56,135 nucleotides of DNA from Gemmatimonadota bacterium (GCA_031372565.1 JANMLN010000058.1:1-56135), one strand, 5' to 3'. Shown: positions 27,401 to 36,792, counted from the stretch's first letter. Notes: generated by a model from the letters alone, not told the origin. Made by a program: numbers and translations.

Positions 27401-28511
27401 CAGGGTCCTCCGTGGGAGCGTCCGTGGCCGAGGGCGCCAGCACCCGATCGTACAGCTTGAGCGCCGCGCCGCGCGCTCCCGGTGCGTACCACCGCACCGT
27501 GCGCAGGTCGAGTGCACGTGGACGCCAACTCAGCTTGTAGCGCTGGCCGCCGATCAGGAAATGAAGCCGCGGCACGTGGTCGTGGATCGCGCGCGCAATG
27601 AGTTCGGCCAGCAGCACGCGCCCTGGCGAATGGTCGGCGTGCTTTGCCGCATACGCGGGCAGCCACCAGTACCAGCCGGTGCGATGCACCAGTCCCACAT
27701 GCCACGCCACTGGCTGGCCCGCCACGGTGAGTCGCGCGAACTGCGCCCACCCGGCGGTCACCCCCTCGGCAATCACGCGCGCGTAGAACTCGGTGACCCC
27801 CGGCGCATCGAGGAGGCTTCCGGCCGCCCGATCACGCCAGAGCGCGTGATACGCCGGCACCACCGCCGAACGGAACTCGGCCGCAGCCGCGGCGGCGCGC
27901 TCCGGTGGCGCGCACTCGAACGCGACAGGACCGACCGCCTCGAGCTTGCGTCGCTGCCGTCGCACCTGCTCGCGCGCATTGCGCGAGAGCGTCGCGAGGA
28001 GCGCATCGAGCTCCGCGGTCCCGGCTAGCTCGAGGACCGGACTCTCCTCCCGCACGGGCTCGCTCATCGGGCCCGGCGCCGCGTCCGCGTGCACCAAGCG
28101 AAAGAGCGCCGTCTGTGCGCCTCCCGGCGCCGCCACGCGCGCCTCATCCCACAGCGCTGCGGCCAGCTCGGGCTCCACCGCACGCGAGAGCAGCGGGTCA
28201 TGATACCCGAAGAGCGCCTGGCCAACCGGTTCGAGCACCCGGCGCGTGATGCGCCTTCCGGCGTGCGGCACCACGACCCACGGGAGCACCGCCTCGGTGC
28301 CATCGCTCGCAGTCGCACGCCCGACCACCGGCTCCGCGCCGATGGCGGCACCGACGGTGTCCGCCCAGATGCGCACCACGGCCGGTGCGTGAAAGGCGTT
28401 CGCCTGCGGAGACGACGCGGCCAGCGCACGCCATGCGGCGCCGTGCGCTCCCTCGAGCGCGTCGGCCCAGGTGCGCGACCACGCAAACTGCCAGCGGCGC
28501 GTCGGGGTCAT
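27393..28511 (-). CDS. GNAT acetyltransferase (CelD/BcsL, Acetyltransf_6-like)
   Basis: R..VRR.RRKL, SPGRVLL and F..G...YK..W. Confidence 0.85.
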   Translation of the reverse strand: MTPTRRWQFAWSRTWADALEGAHGAAWRALAASSPQANAFHAPAVVRIWADTVGAAIGAEPVVGRATASDGTEAVLPWVVVPHAGRRITRRVLEPVGQALFGYHDPLLSRAVEPELAAALWDEARVAAPGGAQTALFRLVHADAAPGPMSEPVREESPVLELAGTAELDALLATLSRNAREQVRRQRRKLEAVGPVAFECAPPERAAAAAAEFRSAVVPAYHALWRDRAAGSLLDAPGVTEFYARVIAEGVTAGWAQFARLTVAGQPVAWHVGLVHRTGWYWWLPAYAAKHADHSPGRVLLAELIARAIHDHVPRLHFLIGGQRYKLSWRPRALDLRTVRWYAPGARGAALKLYDRVLAPSATDAPTEDPDA

Positions 28512-29842
28512 GCGGCGTGCAGGTCGTACATGGCCTGCGTGTCGGCGGCGATCTCGGTCATCGTGCGTGCGCGGGGCAGGGCGGACCGCCAGCGATCGAC
28601 CGTGGCCTGCGGAGCGCGCGCGATCTCGGTGATCGCCTGACCAAGCGCGTCCGCGTCCCCCGGCGGCACGAGGCGCCCCCACTGTCCGTCCGCAACCAAC
28701 TCAGCCAGCCCGCCGATCCGCGAACCGATGACTGGCGTGCCGACCGCGTGCGCTTCGATCGCGATCGTTGGCCCGCCCTCCAACGTGACGCTCGGGCACA
28801 CCAGCACATCGAAGCTCCGGAGCACATCGCCCAGCTCGGCGCGCGATACCGCGTCGCCGATCTGCACGCGCGCGTCGTCCCCCACGATCTGACGGAACGC
28901 GGCGAGCACGGCATGCTCATCGGCGGTCGCGACCGGTCCGCGGACCACGATGCGCACCGGCAGCGCGGCGGGGAGACCGCGCACCGCCTGCGCGAGGACG
29001 TCGAGCCCCTTCACCGCATCGAAGCGCCCGATGTAACCGACCGTGATCGGGGTAGTCGTGGGTTGCCGCTCGGGGCTCGGCTTCTGACCGCCCTCGGGCA
29101 CGGTGCATCCGAGCCGGTTGAGCACCACGCGGTCGGCTGGCGCGCCGTTCGCGATGACGGCGTCGCGCGCCCACGAGGTCAGCACCACCAGCGCCTCGAT
29201 CTCATCCAGCAGCGCGTGCTGTCGGTCCAGGTTGTCGGCAATCAACGCCGACATGCCCGTCAACGTGGACGCGCGCCCCGGCAGCAGCGCGAGCCCAGCC
29301 GCGCTGGCGGCACGCGGCAACTGCGCCACGACACCGGCGAGTCCCGCGCCCGTGCGCTCGACCAGCACGCAGCTGGTGCACTTGGCTGGTTCCGCCACGC
29401 CATCGCACAGCGCCACGCCGCCCTGCATCATCGTGCCGCGCTCACAAATCCAGCCGAGTCGGGCTGCGTGCGTCGTCACGAACACGCGTGCGCCCACCGC
29501 GCGCGCTGCACGCACCTCGGCGAGCCCGAGCCCGGTGACGAACGCGTGCACATGGACGATCGCCGGCCGTTCGCGCTCGAGCCATCGGTGCAACGCCTCC
29601 GCGCCGCGCGCCGCCACCGAGCCGCGCACCTCGACGCGGGAGGGCGCTGCGGGCACGCCGTAGCGGAAGACGGGCACACCCTCGTGCTCGTAGATACGCG
29701 TACCGTCGAGGCCGGCCTGCGGCGCGGCAATCAGGACCCGGTGACCCGCGGCGCGCATCATTCGCGCGAGCGCCGCGACATACGCTTCGGTCCCGCCGCG
29801 TCCATCCGGGTAGTACCAGCCGACGAGGTACGCGATCGTCAC
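28508..29842 (-). CDS. Glycosyltransferase family 4 (first gene of the operon)
   Basis: YYPD..GGTE.Y, GYIGRF..KG, EGGP...IEA and GGLAE. Alternative ATG start at 29860. Confidence 0.9.
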   Translation of the reverse strand: MTIAYLVGWYYPDGRGGTEAYVAALARMMRAAGHRVLIAAPQAGLDGTRIYEHEGVPVFRYGVPAAPSRVEVRGSVAARGAEALHRWLERERPAIVHVHAFVTGLGLAEVRAARAVGARVFVTTHAARLGWICERGTMMQGGVALCDGVAEPAKCTSCVLVERTGAGLAGVVAQLPRAASAAGLALLPGRASTLTGMSALIADNLDRQHALLDEIEALVVLTSWARDAVIANGAPADRVVLNRLGCTVPEGGQKPSPERQPTTTPITVGYIGRFDAVKGLDVLAQAVRGLPAALPVRIVVRGPVATADEHAVLAAFRQIVGDDARVQIGDAVSRAELGDVLRSFDVLVCPSVTLEGGPTIAIEAHAVGTPVIGSRIGGLAELVADGQWGRLVPPGDADALGQAITEIARAPQATVDRWRSALPRARTMTEIAADTQAMYDLHAA

Positions 29843-30236
29843 GCGTCTCCCCCGCGCCATGACGGGGCAGGAACCACCGCGTCCGCGGCGCACCGAGGCG
29901 CAGCTCGACCGTCGTCCATCACGCCGATGTCCTGCCGGACGGCGGCAAGACGGCGCCGAGACGTGAGTATCGGGGAGGACGCGACGATACTTGCGAGGGA
30001 GCCGGACACGAGAGCGTGAGAGTGGGATGAGAGGCGAGGCAGCCACCCGCGACTGCGTGACCGGCCACGGTGCGCCCCAGGGGATCCTCCCGGAGGCGTT
30101 GCCTTCATAAGGGACGAATCGTTCTATACTTGTGTCACGGGCCTGCATGGCTCGTGTCCTGCTGTTCGTCGGCGCGTCCGGTCCACGATCGTCCGTGGGT
30201 CTCGCGAGCCGAACGGATCCTGTTTCCTCGAAGGCT

Positions 30237-30884
30237 ATGCGTCCGCTGCGCCTCCTGCTCGTCTGCTCGACTCTTGCGACCCTCGTGGGCTGCGCCAGTG
30301 CGCCGCAGGGTCCGACCTTCTCGCAAGCGCCGCTTCCCAAGAGTTTCGGCCTCCGCGCGGGCGACGTGATGCGCGTCCGCGTCTGGCGCGAACCTGATCT
30401 GTCGGGAGACTTCATCGTCGACGAGAACGGCCGCGTTGCGCTTCCGCTGTTGGGCACCCGCCAAGTCCTCGGCGAATCCTCGGCTGGCCTGCAGAAGTCG
30501 CTGGCCGACTCGCTCGCCACGACCCTCAAGGAGCCGTCGGTGCAGGTCACGTTCCTGCGGCGCATTTCTGTTCTCGGGGACGTCCGTTCGCCCGGCCTCT
30601 ACCCGATGGACGCGACCATGACCGTCGGCGACGCGCTCGCCCTCGCGGGCGGCCGAGTGTCGAACGAATCCCCCGACCTGCAGCTCTGGCGCGACGGGCA
30701 GTTGCTCTTTGCCCACGTGCCCACGAGCGTCTTCATCGGACAGCTCGACACGCGCGCCGGTGACGAACTGCGCGTCCCGCCCGGCTCCTGGGCTCGTCGC
30801 AATGGTGTGACCGGCGCAACCTGGATCCAGATCGGGCTCGCCATCACGCTCACGGCGGTGCAGCTCCTCGTCCTGACTCGATAG
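30237..30884 (+). CDS. Polysaccharide export lipoprotein (Wza/SLBB family)
   Basis: Lipobox LVGC, GD.MRVRVWREPDLSG.F.VD..G...LPLLG, SLBB VLGDVRSPGLY and ALALAGG, and a C-terminal hydrophobic helix. Confidence 0.88.
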   Translation: MRPLRLLLVCSTLATLVGCASAPQGPTFSQAPLPKSFGLRAGDVMRVRVWREPDLSGDFIVDENGRVALPLLGTRQVLGESSAGLQKSLADSLATTLKEPSVQVTFLRRISVLGDVRSPGLYPMDATMTVGDALALAGGRVSNESPDLQLWRDGQLLFAHVPTSVFIGQLDTRAGDELRVPPGSWARRNGVTGATWIQIGLAITLTAVQLLVLTR

Positions 30885-30887
30885 GCC

Positions 30888-33398
30888 ATGGGCACCTCTC
30901 TCCAGCCCGTCAACGCCGTCGCGACCGCCGAAGCCAGCAACCGGCAGTTCTGGAGCCTCGTGGCCCGGAACCGCTTCCTGATCGTGGCGGCACTCGTCAT
31001 CACGCCTCTGTTATCCGGCATCGCGGCATCGCTCGTCACGCCCGTGTACGAAGGCACGGCCTCGGTCATCATCGAGAAGAAGCAGACGCCGGTCCCCTCG
31101 ATCCTCGAGGGCACGCTCGCGTCGGACAAGGTGGACATCGCCCAGGAGATCGAGCTGCTCGCGTCGCGCTCGATGGCCGAAGCGACGGTGGACTCGCTCT
31201 CGCTCCACGTGACCGCGACGCACCCGTTTCGCCTCTTCGCCGGAGGCTCGCTGCTGAGTCCGCCGCGACCGGTGCCGCGCTACCTGCTCTTCAAGGTGCT
31301 GTTGGCGCCGCGTCAAGCGCGCGCGGCCGCGTATCGGCTGGAGCCGCAATCCGGGGGCGACGTTGTGGTGATCGACCGGGCCAGCGGCAATCGCATCGCG
31401 CGACTCGCGCCCGGTCAGCCCGGCGCGATCGGCGATCTCCGCGTCGTGCTCGCCGATTCGGCGTTCGCCGAGGGAAGCGTCAACCTCGACGTTGCCGAGT
31501 TCGGTGCCGCGGTTGCCGGCTTGCGCGGCGGACTCGATGTGCGCCGTCCCTCCCGCGATGTCAACACGATCACGGTCACCTACCAGAGCGCCGACCCCAC
31601 GCTCGTGCGCGACGTGCCGAACACGCTGCTCACGCAATTCGTGGCGCTGCGCCGAGACCTGAACAAGACCGAGGCCCGCTCGACGGTGCGCTTCCTGCGC
31701 CAGCAGCTCGACACGCTCGGTCGCTCGCTGGCGGAAAGCGAAGAGCGGCTGGTCGGATTCCGCTCCCGCAATCAGGGGCTGCTCAACCGGCCCGCGGCAG
31801 TCCAGCGCGCCGACCGCGACGAAGGACGGCTCGCGCAGGATCGCGTCGAGCGCCAGCTGGAGGCGCAATCCCTCGAGCAGGTCCTGACCGACGTTGGCGT
31901 GGCCGCCAAGTCGCGGAGTCCCGACTCCACGTCGGCCTACTTCCGCCTCATGGCCTTTCCGCGGTTGATGACCAGCATCCAGCCGCGCCTCGCGACGCTC
32001 TCCGACGTGGAGAGCGAGCGTGCGCAGCTCCTGCTGCGCCGCACGCGCGACAACCCGGAAGTGCAGCAGTACAACGCGCGCGCCCGGGAGATCGAGCAGC
32101 AGGTGGAGTACCTCGCGCGCCGCTATCTGGCGGATATCCGCAGCCAGCTGCGCAACATCGACTCGACGCTCAATGTGTCCGGCCGGCAGTCGGCGGCGAC
32201 GCCCGGCGCCGAACTCGACCTGGCGCGGCTTGAACGCCAGAACAAGCTCAACGAGCAGCTGTACACGATGGTGCAGTCGCGGCTCAAGGAGGCCGAGATC
32301 GCGCAGGCCGTCGACGATGCGCGCATCCGGATTCTCGACCCCGCCGAACTCGGCACCTTCGCGGTCAAGCCCGACAAGCCCCGCTACCTCAAGCTGTCGC
32401 TGTTCGTCGGGCTCGCCCTCGGACTCGCGCTCGCGTTCCTCCGCGAGATGCTGGACTCGACCGTGCACATCAACGAGGACATGCTCGCGGTGGTCGGCGG
32501 CAGCGCGCTCGGATTGATCCCGCACATCCGGTCGTCACAGACAGGCGATCTGCGCTACGTCGCATCTCAGGTGATTCCCGGCCTGTCCCCGGACGGATCG
32601 CGCGCGTCAGCGCAGTTTCGGCAGGACCGCATCATCTCGGCGGCCGATCCCGGCAATCCCATCGTCGAAGCGTACCGGACGCTCCGCACCAACCTCACCT
32701 TCGCTCGCCCTGACCCCGGGCCCAAGACGGTCGTGTTCACATCGCCCGGTCCGCGCGACGGCAAGACGACCACGGCGTCGAATCTCGCCATCGTGCTCGC
32801 GTACCAGCGGCTCAAGGTGCTCCTCATCGACGCCGACATGCGCCGTGGCTCCGTGCACAAGGTCTTCGAGATCGACCAGCAGCCGGGGCTCTCGGACCTG
32901 CTGATCGGGGGCACGCGCGCCTCGGAGTGCATCCGGCGCATCGAACTGGGGGAGGACCATTCGCTCGACGTGATCGCGGCCGGCACCTTTCCGCCAAACC
33001 CCGCCGAACTGCTCGGCGGTGACCGACTGCATCAACTCGTGCAGGAGTTCGAGCGCTGGTACGACTTCGTCATCTTCGACTCGCCGCCGCTCAACCTCGT
33101 GACCGATGCGGCGCTGCTGGGCGCGAAGGCCGGCGGGATCGTGATCGTGGCGCGCGCCAACCACACCGAGCGCGCCGCCGTCCAGTTTGCCGTCGAGCAG
33201 CTACGGGCCGTGCGCGCCCCCGTCCTCGGCTTCGTCCTCAACGACTTCGTGTTCCAGCGCGACTACCGCTCGCGCGGCGGGCCCGGATACGACTACTACG
33301 GCTACAACGGCGGCGCCTACAACGAGCGGTATGGCGAGAACGGCAATGCCGAAGCGATCGGGTGGCGCGGACGGATTCGGAAGCTGCTCGGCGTCTAG
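30888..33398 (+). CDS. Polysaccharide co-polymerase/tyrosine autokinase (Wzc/GumC-CapB)
   Basis: Two TM helices flank a coiled coil. EAYRTLRTN, Walker A SPGPRDGKTT, IDADMRR, FDSPP and C-terminal Tyr cluster YDYYGY..AY..Y. Confidence 0.93.
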   Translation: MGTSLQPVNAVATAEASNRQFWSLVARNRFLIVAALVITPLLSGIAASLVTPVYEGTASVIIEKKQTPVPSILEGTLASDKVDIAQEIELLASRSMAEATVDSLSLHVTATHPFRLFAGGSLLSPPRPVPRYLLFKVLLAPRQARAAAYRLEPQSGGDVVVIDRASGNRIARLAPGQPGAIGDLRVVLADSAFAEGSVNLDVAEFGAAVAGLRGGLDVRRPSRDVNTITVTYQSADPTLVRDVPNTLLTQFVALRRDLNKTEARSTVRFLRQQLDTLGRSLAESEERLVGFRSRNQGLLNRPAAVQRADRDEGRLAQDRVERQLEAQSLEQVLTDVGVAAKSRSPDSTSAYFRLMAFPRLMTSIQPRLATLSDVESERAQLLLRRTRDNPEVQQYNARAREIEQQVEYLARRYLADIRSQLRNIDSTLNVSGRQSAATPGAELDLARLERQNKLNEQLYTMVQSRLKEAEIAQAVDDARIRILDPAELGTFAVKPDKPRYLKLSLFVGLALGLALAFLREMLDSTVHINEDMLAVVGGSALGLIPHIRSSQTGDLRYVASQVIPGLSPDGSRASAQFRQDRIISAADPGNPIVEAYRTLRTNLTFARPDPGPKTVVFTSPGPRDGKTTTASNLAIVLAYQRLKVLLIDADMRRGSVHKVFEIDQQPGLSDLLIGGTRASECIRRIELGEDHSLDVIAAGTFPPNPAELLGGDRLHQLVQEFERWYDFVIFDSPPLNLVTDAALLGAKAGGIVIVARANHTERAAVQFAVEQLRAVRAPVLGFVLNDFVFQRDYRSRGGPGYDYYGYNGGAYNERYGENGNAEAIGWRGRIRKLLGV

Positions 33399-33487
33399 CG
33401 TCGCTCAGCGCCCGCAACGCACCGGGGCCGTCAGCGACGATCGCGGACGGCCCCGTGATTCAGCGGTCGTCGAGCCGACCGCGGCCG

Positions 33488-34030
33488 TTACCGTCGCCCG
33501 TCCGGCCCCAGCTCTCCGTCGACCGCGGCCGTCGTTCGCGGCGTCAGCATCACTTCGCGCGCCACACTCTTTCGTCCCACGAGGCTCGTCTCGCGCACAT
33601 TGCGACGGCGCTGCGGCGCCCGACGGAACGGGACGAGGACCAACGCAAACCCGATCGTGGCCAGCACGCTGATCGACAGCACATCGCCGATCGCCAGGCT
33701 GGTCGCGTCGTATCCGAGCGGTATGCTCGTCGCGGGCCCTGCCTTCGATCCGACGTCCCCGAGACTGAAGACCGCGTACAGGCCGATCCAGAGACCGCCC
33801 ACCAGCATGACGCTCACAACGAGGTCCTGCCCCGAGAACCCGGACACCGCGCCACCGAGCTGGCGCCGATCCCGGCGCCGCAACCAGAGCAGCACGAGGA
33901 TGACGCCGACGATGGCGACCCCGGTGAGGATCGGTGACCGCGGCGCGGAGCGCCACAACAACGCAGCGCCGCCGAGCAAGCTCGCGGCGGAGAGCGCGAC
34001 ACGGGAAATCCGTCGCAGGTGAGAGGGCAC
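33488..34030 (-). CDS. Hypothetical membrane protein (~4 TM)
   Basis: AAGGAGG RBS 5 nt before GTG 34030 and four hydrophobic segments. Confidence 0.65.
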   Translation of the reverse strand: MPSHLRRISRVALSAASLLGGAALLWRSAPRSPILTGVAIVGVILVLLWLRRRDRRQLGGAVSGFSGQDLVVSVMLVGGLWIGLYAVFSLGDVGSKAGPATSIPLGYDATSLAIGDVLSISVLATIGFALVLVPFRRAPQRRRNVRETSLVGRKSVAREVMLTPRTTAAVDGELGPDGRR

Positions 34031-34242
34031 GACATCCTCCTTATGAGCTGTCACGAATCGCGACAGTGATCCACGACCGTGACAGGAAATCCCCTCGAGC
34101 GTCTAAATTCGTACATCACAGTAACCGACACTCTGTGAACTGGGACGATGCGCCGCAATAGGGCGTCACGTTCCAGTCACCGCGGTGTCGGGTGTCGTAC
34201 CGTCGTCTGCCACATTTCACGGGGCCCGGAGCAACGCTGCTC

Positions 34243-35382
34243 ATGACCACACACGCGCACGGACCCAGCTTGCTGCCGTCGGAGCCGGACTCCGCCCTCG
34301 ACGCCGCCCTCCGTGAGGCGGTGCATCAGGGGGCGACGGACCTGCACGTCCGGTCGGGGGACGTGCTGCGCGCGCGCATTGACGGCGAACTGGTTGGCGT
34401 CGGCTCGCACATCTTTTCGGTCGAGGACGTGCACCGCTTTGTCGAACGGTTGCGAGGCGAGGCCCCGGGCGACGTGCCGACCATGGAGCGCCTCCGCGAC
34501 CTGACCCTCACGTGGAGCGCGCCGGGGATCAGCCGCTTCCGTGTGTCCGTCATGAAGCAGCGGTCGACCTTCATGGTGATGCTGCGCGTCGTGCCGCACG
34601 TCATCCCGACCATGGAGGCGCTGCGCGTGCCGGCCGCCTTCTCGCGCGCGCTCGATGCCACGAGTGGTCTCGTGCTCCTGTCCGGTGGGCCGCGCTCCGG
34701 CCGCTCCACCACGCTCGCCGCGCTCATTTCCCAGCTCAACGAGACCAGCGAGCATCGCCGGCACGTGGTCCTGATCGAGACCAAGACGCGCTTTCTGCTC
34801 CGTGACAAGCGCTGCACGATTACCCAGCGTGAGCTCGGCGTCGACACCGACTCGATCGAGTCGGCGCTCGAAGCCGCCATTGACCACCGCACCGAGATCA
34901 TCGCCCTCGACCGCGTCGAACCCGATCAGCTGGAGCCGTTGCTGCAGGCAGCCGAGGCAGGCAGCCTGGTGATCGCCAAGGTCAATGCCCACGACGTCAC
35001 CGACACGCTGCGCCACCTCGTCTCCGGCGTCCCCACGGGCAGCCAGGCCGCGGTGCGCCTGCGCATTGCCAAGACGGTGCGGGGCATCCTCGCACATCGC
35101 CTCGTGGCCGCAAGTGCCGGGGGCCGCGTGCTGAACACGGAGCTCTTCCTGACCTCGCCCGCGTTCCAGGCGATGCTCATGGATGCCGGCGCCTTCCTCG
35201 ACATTCGCGCGCAGCTGGCGAAGCACGCGGCCGACGTCGGCACGCATACCTTCGATCAGTCGCTCGCCAGCCTGGCCAACGACGGCCTGATCGACAGCGA
35301 CGTCGCCCTGAGCCTCGCGCAACACCCCGGCGATGTCCGCGCGTTGCTGCGCACCACGACGCTGACGCGCCAGGTCCGGTAG
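34243..35382 (+). CDS. PilT/PilU-family protein with degenerate ATPase motifs
   Basis: GATDLH, RIDGEL, RFRVS, QRELGVDT, AAE.G and TFDQSL match PilT. Catalytic motifs are altered (see findings). Confidence 0.85.
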   Translation: MTTHAHGPSLLPSEPDSALDAALREAVHQGATDLHVRSGDVLRARIDGELVGVGSHIFSVEDVHRFVERLRGEAPGDVPTMERLRDLTLTWSAPGISRFRVSVMKQRSTFMVMLRVVPHVIPTMEALRVPAAFSRALDATSGLVLLSGGPRSGRSTTLAALISQLNETSEHRRHVVLIETKTRFLLRDKRCTITQRELGVDTDSIESALEAAIDHRTEIIALDRVEPDQLEPLLQAAEAGSLVIAKVNAHDVTDTLRHLVSGVPTGSQAAVRLRIAKTVRGILAHRLVAASAGGRVLNTELFLTSPAFQAMLMDAGAFLDIRAQLAKHAADVGTHTFDQSLASLANDGLIDSDVALSLAQHPGDVRALLRTTTLTRQVR

Positions 35383-35426
35383 GCGCGTCGTCGCGACGCA
35401 CCGCTGCACGCGGGGCCTCGCCCCGC

Positions 35427-35432
35427 TAACGT
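35427..35432 (+). promoter_or_regulatory. -10-like hexamer TAACGT, candidate leaderless promoter
   Basis: TANNNT 7 nt upstream of ATG 35440 with no SD sequence. Confidence 0.4.
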
Positions 35433-35439
35433 TCCCGGC

Positions 35440-36774
35440 ATGGGCGTCATTGCGGCCTCGATCCCCCTCTTCTTTCTCCTGATCGGCCTCGAGCTGGTCG
35501 TCGCGCGCGTGCGCCGCGCGCCGCTCTTCCGGCTCAATGACTCGATCGCCGATCTCGCGCTGGGCATCACCAGCCAACTTGGCGGGATCTTCACCAAGCT
35601 CGTGTCGGTCGGCATCTACGCGCTCGTGTACGAGTGGGCGCGCGTGCAGCGCTGGCTCCCCGTCGCCGAGTGGGCCGCTGCGGCGCCGGTGACGTTCGCC
35701 GGCGGCTTCGCCGGCGGCTTCGCCGTGCACCCGGCGCCGCTGGCCGCGTGGGCCGTGTCGTTCGTCCTCATCGACATCGCCTACTACTGGACGCATCGTC
35801 TCTCGCACGAGGTGCACATCCTCTGGGCGGGGCACGTCGTGCACCACTCGAGCGAGGAGTACAACCTGACCGTCGCGCTCCGGCAGAGTACCCTGCACGG
35901 CCTCTTCACCTGGGTGTTCTACCTGCCGGTGGCGTTGCTCGGCGTGCCCGTCGCGATGTTCGTGACCAACTACGCCCTCAACCTGCTCTACCAGTTCTGG
36001 ATCCACACGCGCGCCATCGGGCGCCTGCCCGAGTGGATCGAGGGCGTGTGGAACACGCCCAGCCATCATCGGGTGCACCATGGCGTGAACCCCAAGTATC
36101 AGGACAAGAACTACGCGGGGGTGTTCATCACGTGGGACAAGTGGTTCGGCACCTGGGTGCCTGAAGAAGACGAGCCGGTGTACGGCATTACGGTGCCGCT
36201 CGAGAGCTTCAATCCCGTGTGGGCCAACGTGCATGTGTTCGCCGAGATCGTGCGGCTCTGGCGGCTCACGCCACGCTGGCGCGACAAGTGGCGCGTGGTG
36301 TTCGGCAGTCCGAGTTGGCGCCCGGCCGAAGCCGGAACGTCGATCGTCGCGCCGCCGGTGAGCAAGGCGACCTTCCATCACTACGATCCGCCCACCCCGC
36401 GCGCGGTCACCGCGTACGCGTTCGTCCAGTTCGTGGTGGCCCTTGCTGGGGCCTACGTGTTGCTCACGACCGCATCGAAGTTCAGTCTCCTGCAGGTCGG
36501 CGCGGCCTCGTTCTACGTCGTGCTCGCACTGTCCAATCTGGGCATCCTGCTCGAGGGGCGTGCATGGGTCCTCGTGCCGGAGCTGGCGCGGCACAGCGCG
36601 CTCGCCATCGTCGCGCTGGTCGCGTCCGGGCTCGGCGCCTGGAGTTGGGGGCTTGGCCTCGGTGCCGCGCTCGGGTGCGTCGCGAGTGCCCTCTGGCTCG
36701 TGTCGCTCCGCACCCAACTCGACATGCACACCGCCCCCGGAGAACGGTCTCCGGGGGCGGCGCTGCTGGCGTAG
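35440..36774 (+). CDS. Sterol desaturase/fatty acid hydroxylase family, alkylglycerol monooxygenase-like
   Basis: YYWTHRLSHE, HVVHHSSEEYNL.VALRQ, YQFWIHT, NTPSHHRVHHG, DKNYAG and WDK.FGT. Confidence 0.88.
   Translation: MGVIAASIPLFFLLIGLELVVARVRRAPLFRLNDSIADLALGITSQLGGIFTKLVSVGIYALVYEWARVQRWLPVAEWAAAAPVTFAGGFAGGFAVHPAPLAAWAVSFVLIDIAYYWTHRLSHEVHILWAGHVVHHSSEEYNLTVALRQSTLHGLFTWVFYLPVALLGVPVAMFVTNYALNLLYQFWIHTRAIGRLPEWIEGVWNTPSHHRVHHGVNPKYQDKNYAGVFITWDKWFGTWVPEEDEPVYGITVPLESFNPVWANVHVFAEIVRLWRLTPRWRDKWRVVFGSPSWRPAEAGTSIVAPPVSKATFHHYDPPTPRAVTAYAFVQFVVALAGAYVLLTTASKFSLLQVGAASFYVVLALSNLGILLEGRAWVLVPELARHSALAIVALVASGLGAWSWGLGLGAALGCVASALWLVSLRTQLDMHTAPGERSPGAALLA
36731..36760. terminator. Perfect 13-bp hairpin between convergent genes
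   Basis: CCGCCCCCGGAGA-acgg-TCTCCGGGGGCGG lies ~32 nt past the stop of the minus-strand lipoprotein gene. No U-tract. Confidence 0.45.
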
Positions 36775-36792
36775 GGTCGCCAGCCACTCAGC

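Noticed and set aside
29843..30236. ops/JUMPstart antitermination element or a clear sigma70 promoter for the polysaccharide operons
   Set aside because: No GGCGGTAG was seen on either strand. TTGCCT..TATACT (30099-30130) has a 20-nt spacer, too long to call.
35694..35724. Short tandem repeat TTCGCCGGCGGC (FAGG FAGG FA) in the desaturase
   Set aside because: An in-frame 12-nt microduplication in a variable loop, with no evidence of function or phase variation.
34177..36729. 850-aa minus-strand ORF, and similar long ORFs such as 17105..19357, 10874..12655 and 50518..52296
   Set aside because: They are antisense to well-supported genes, Arg/Ala/Gly-rich and motif-free, as expected from stop-codon scarcity in high-GC DNA.
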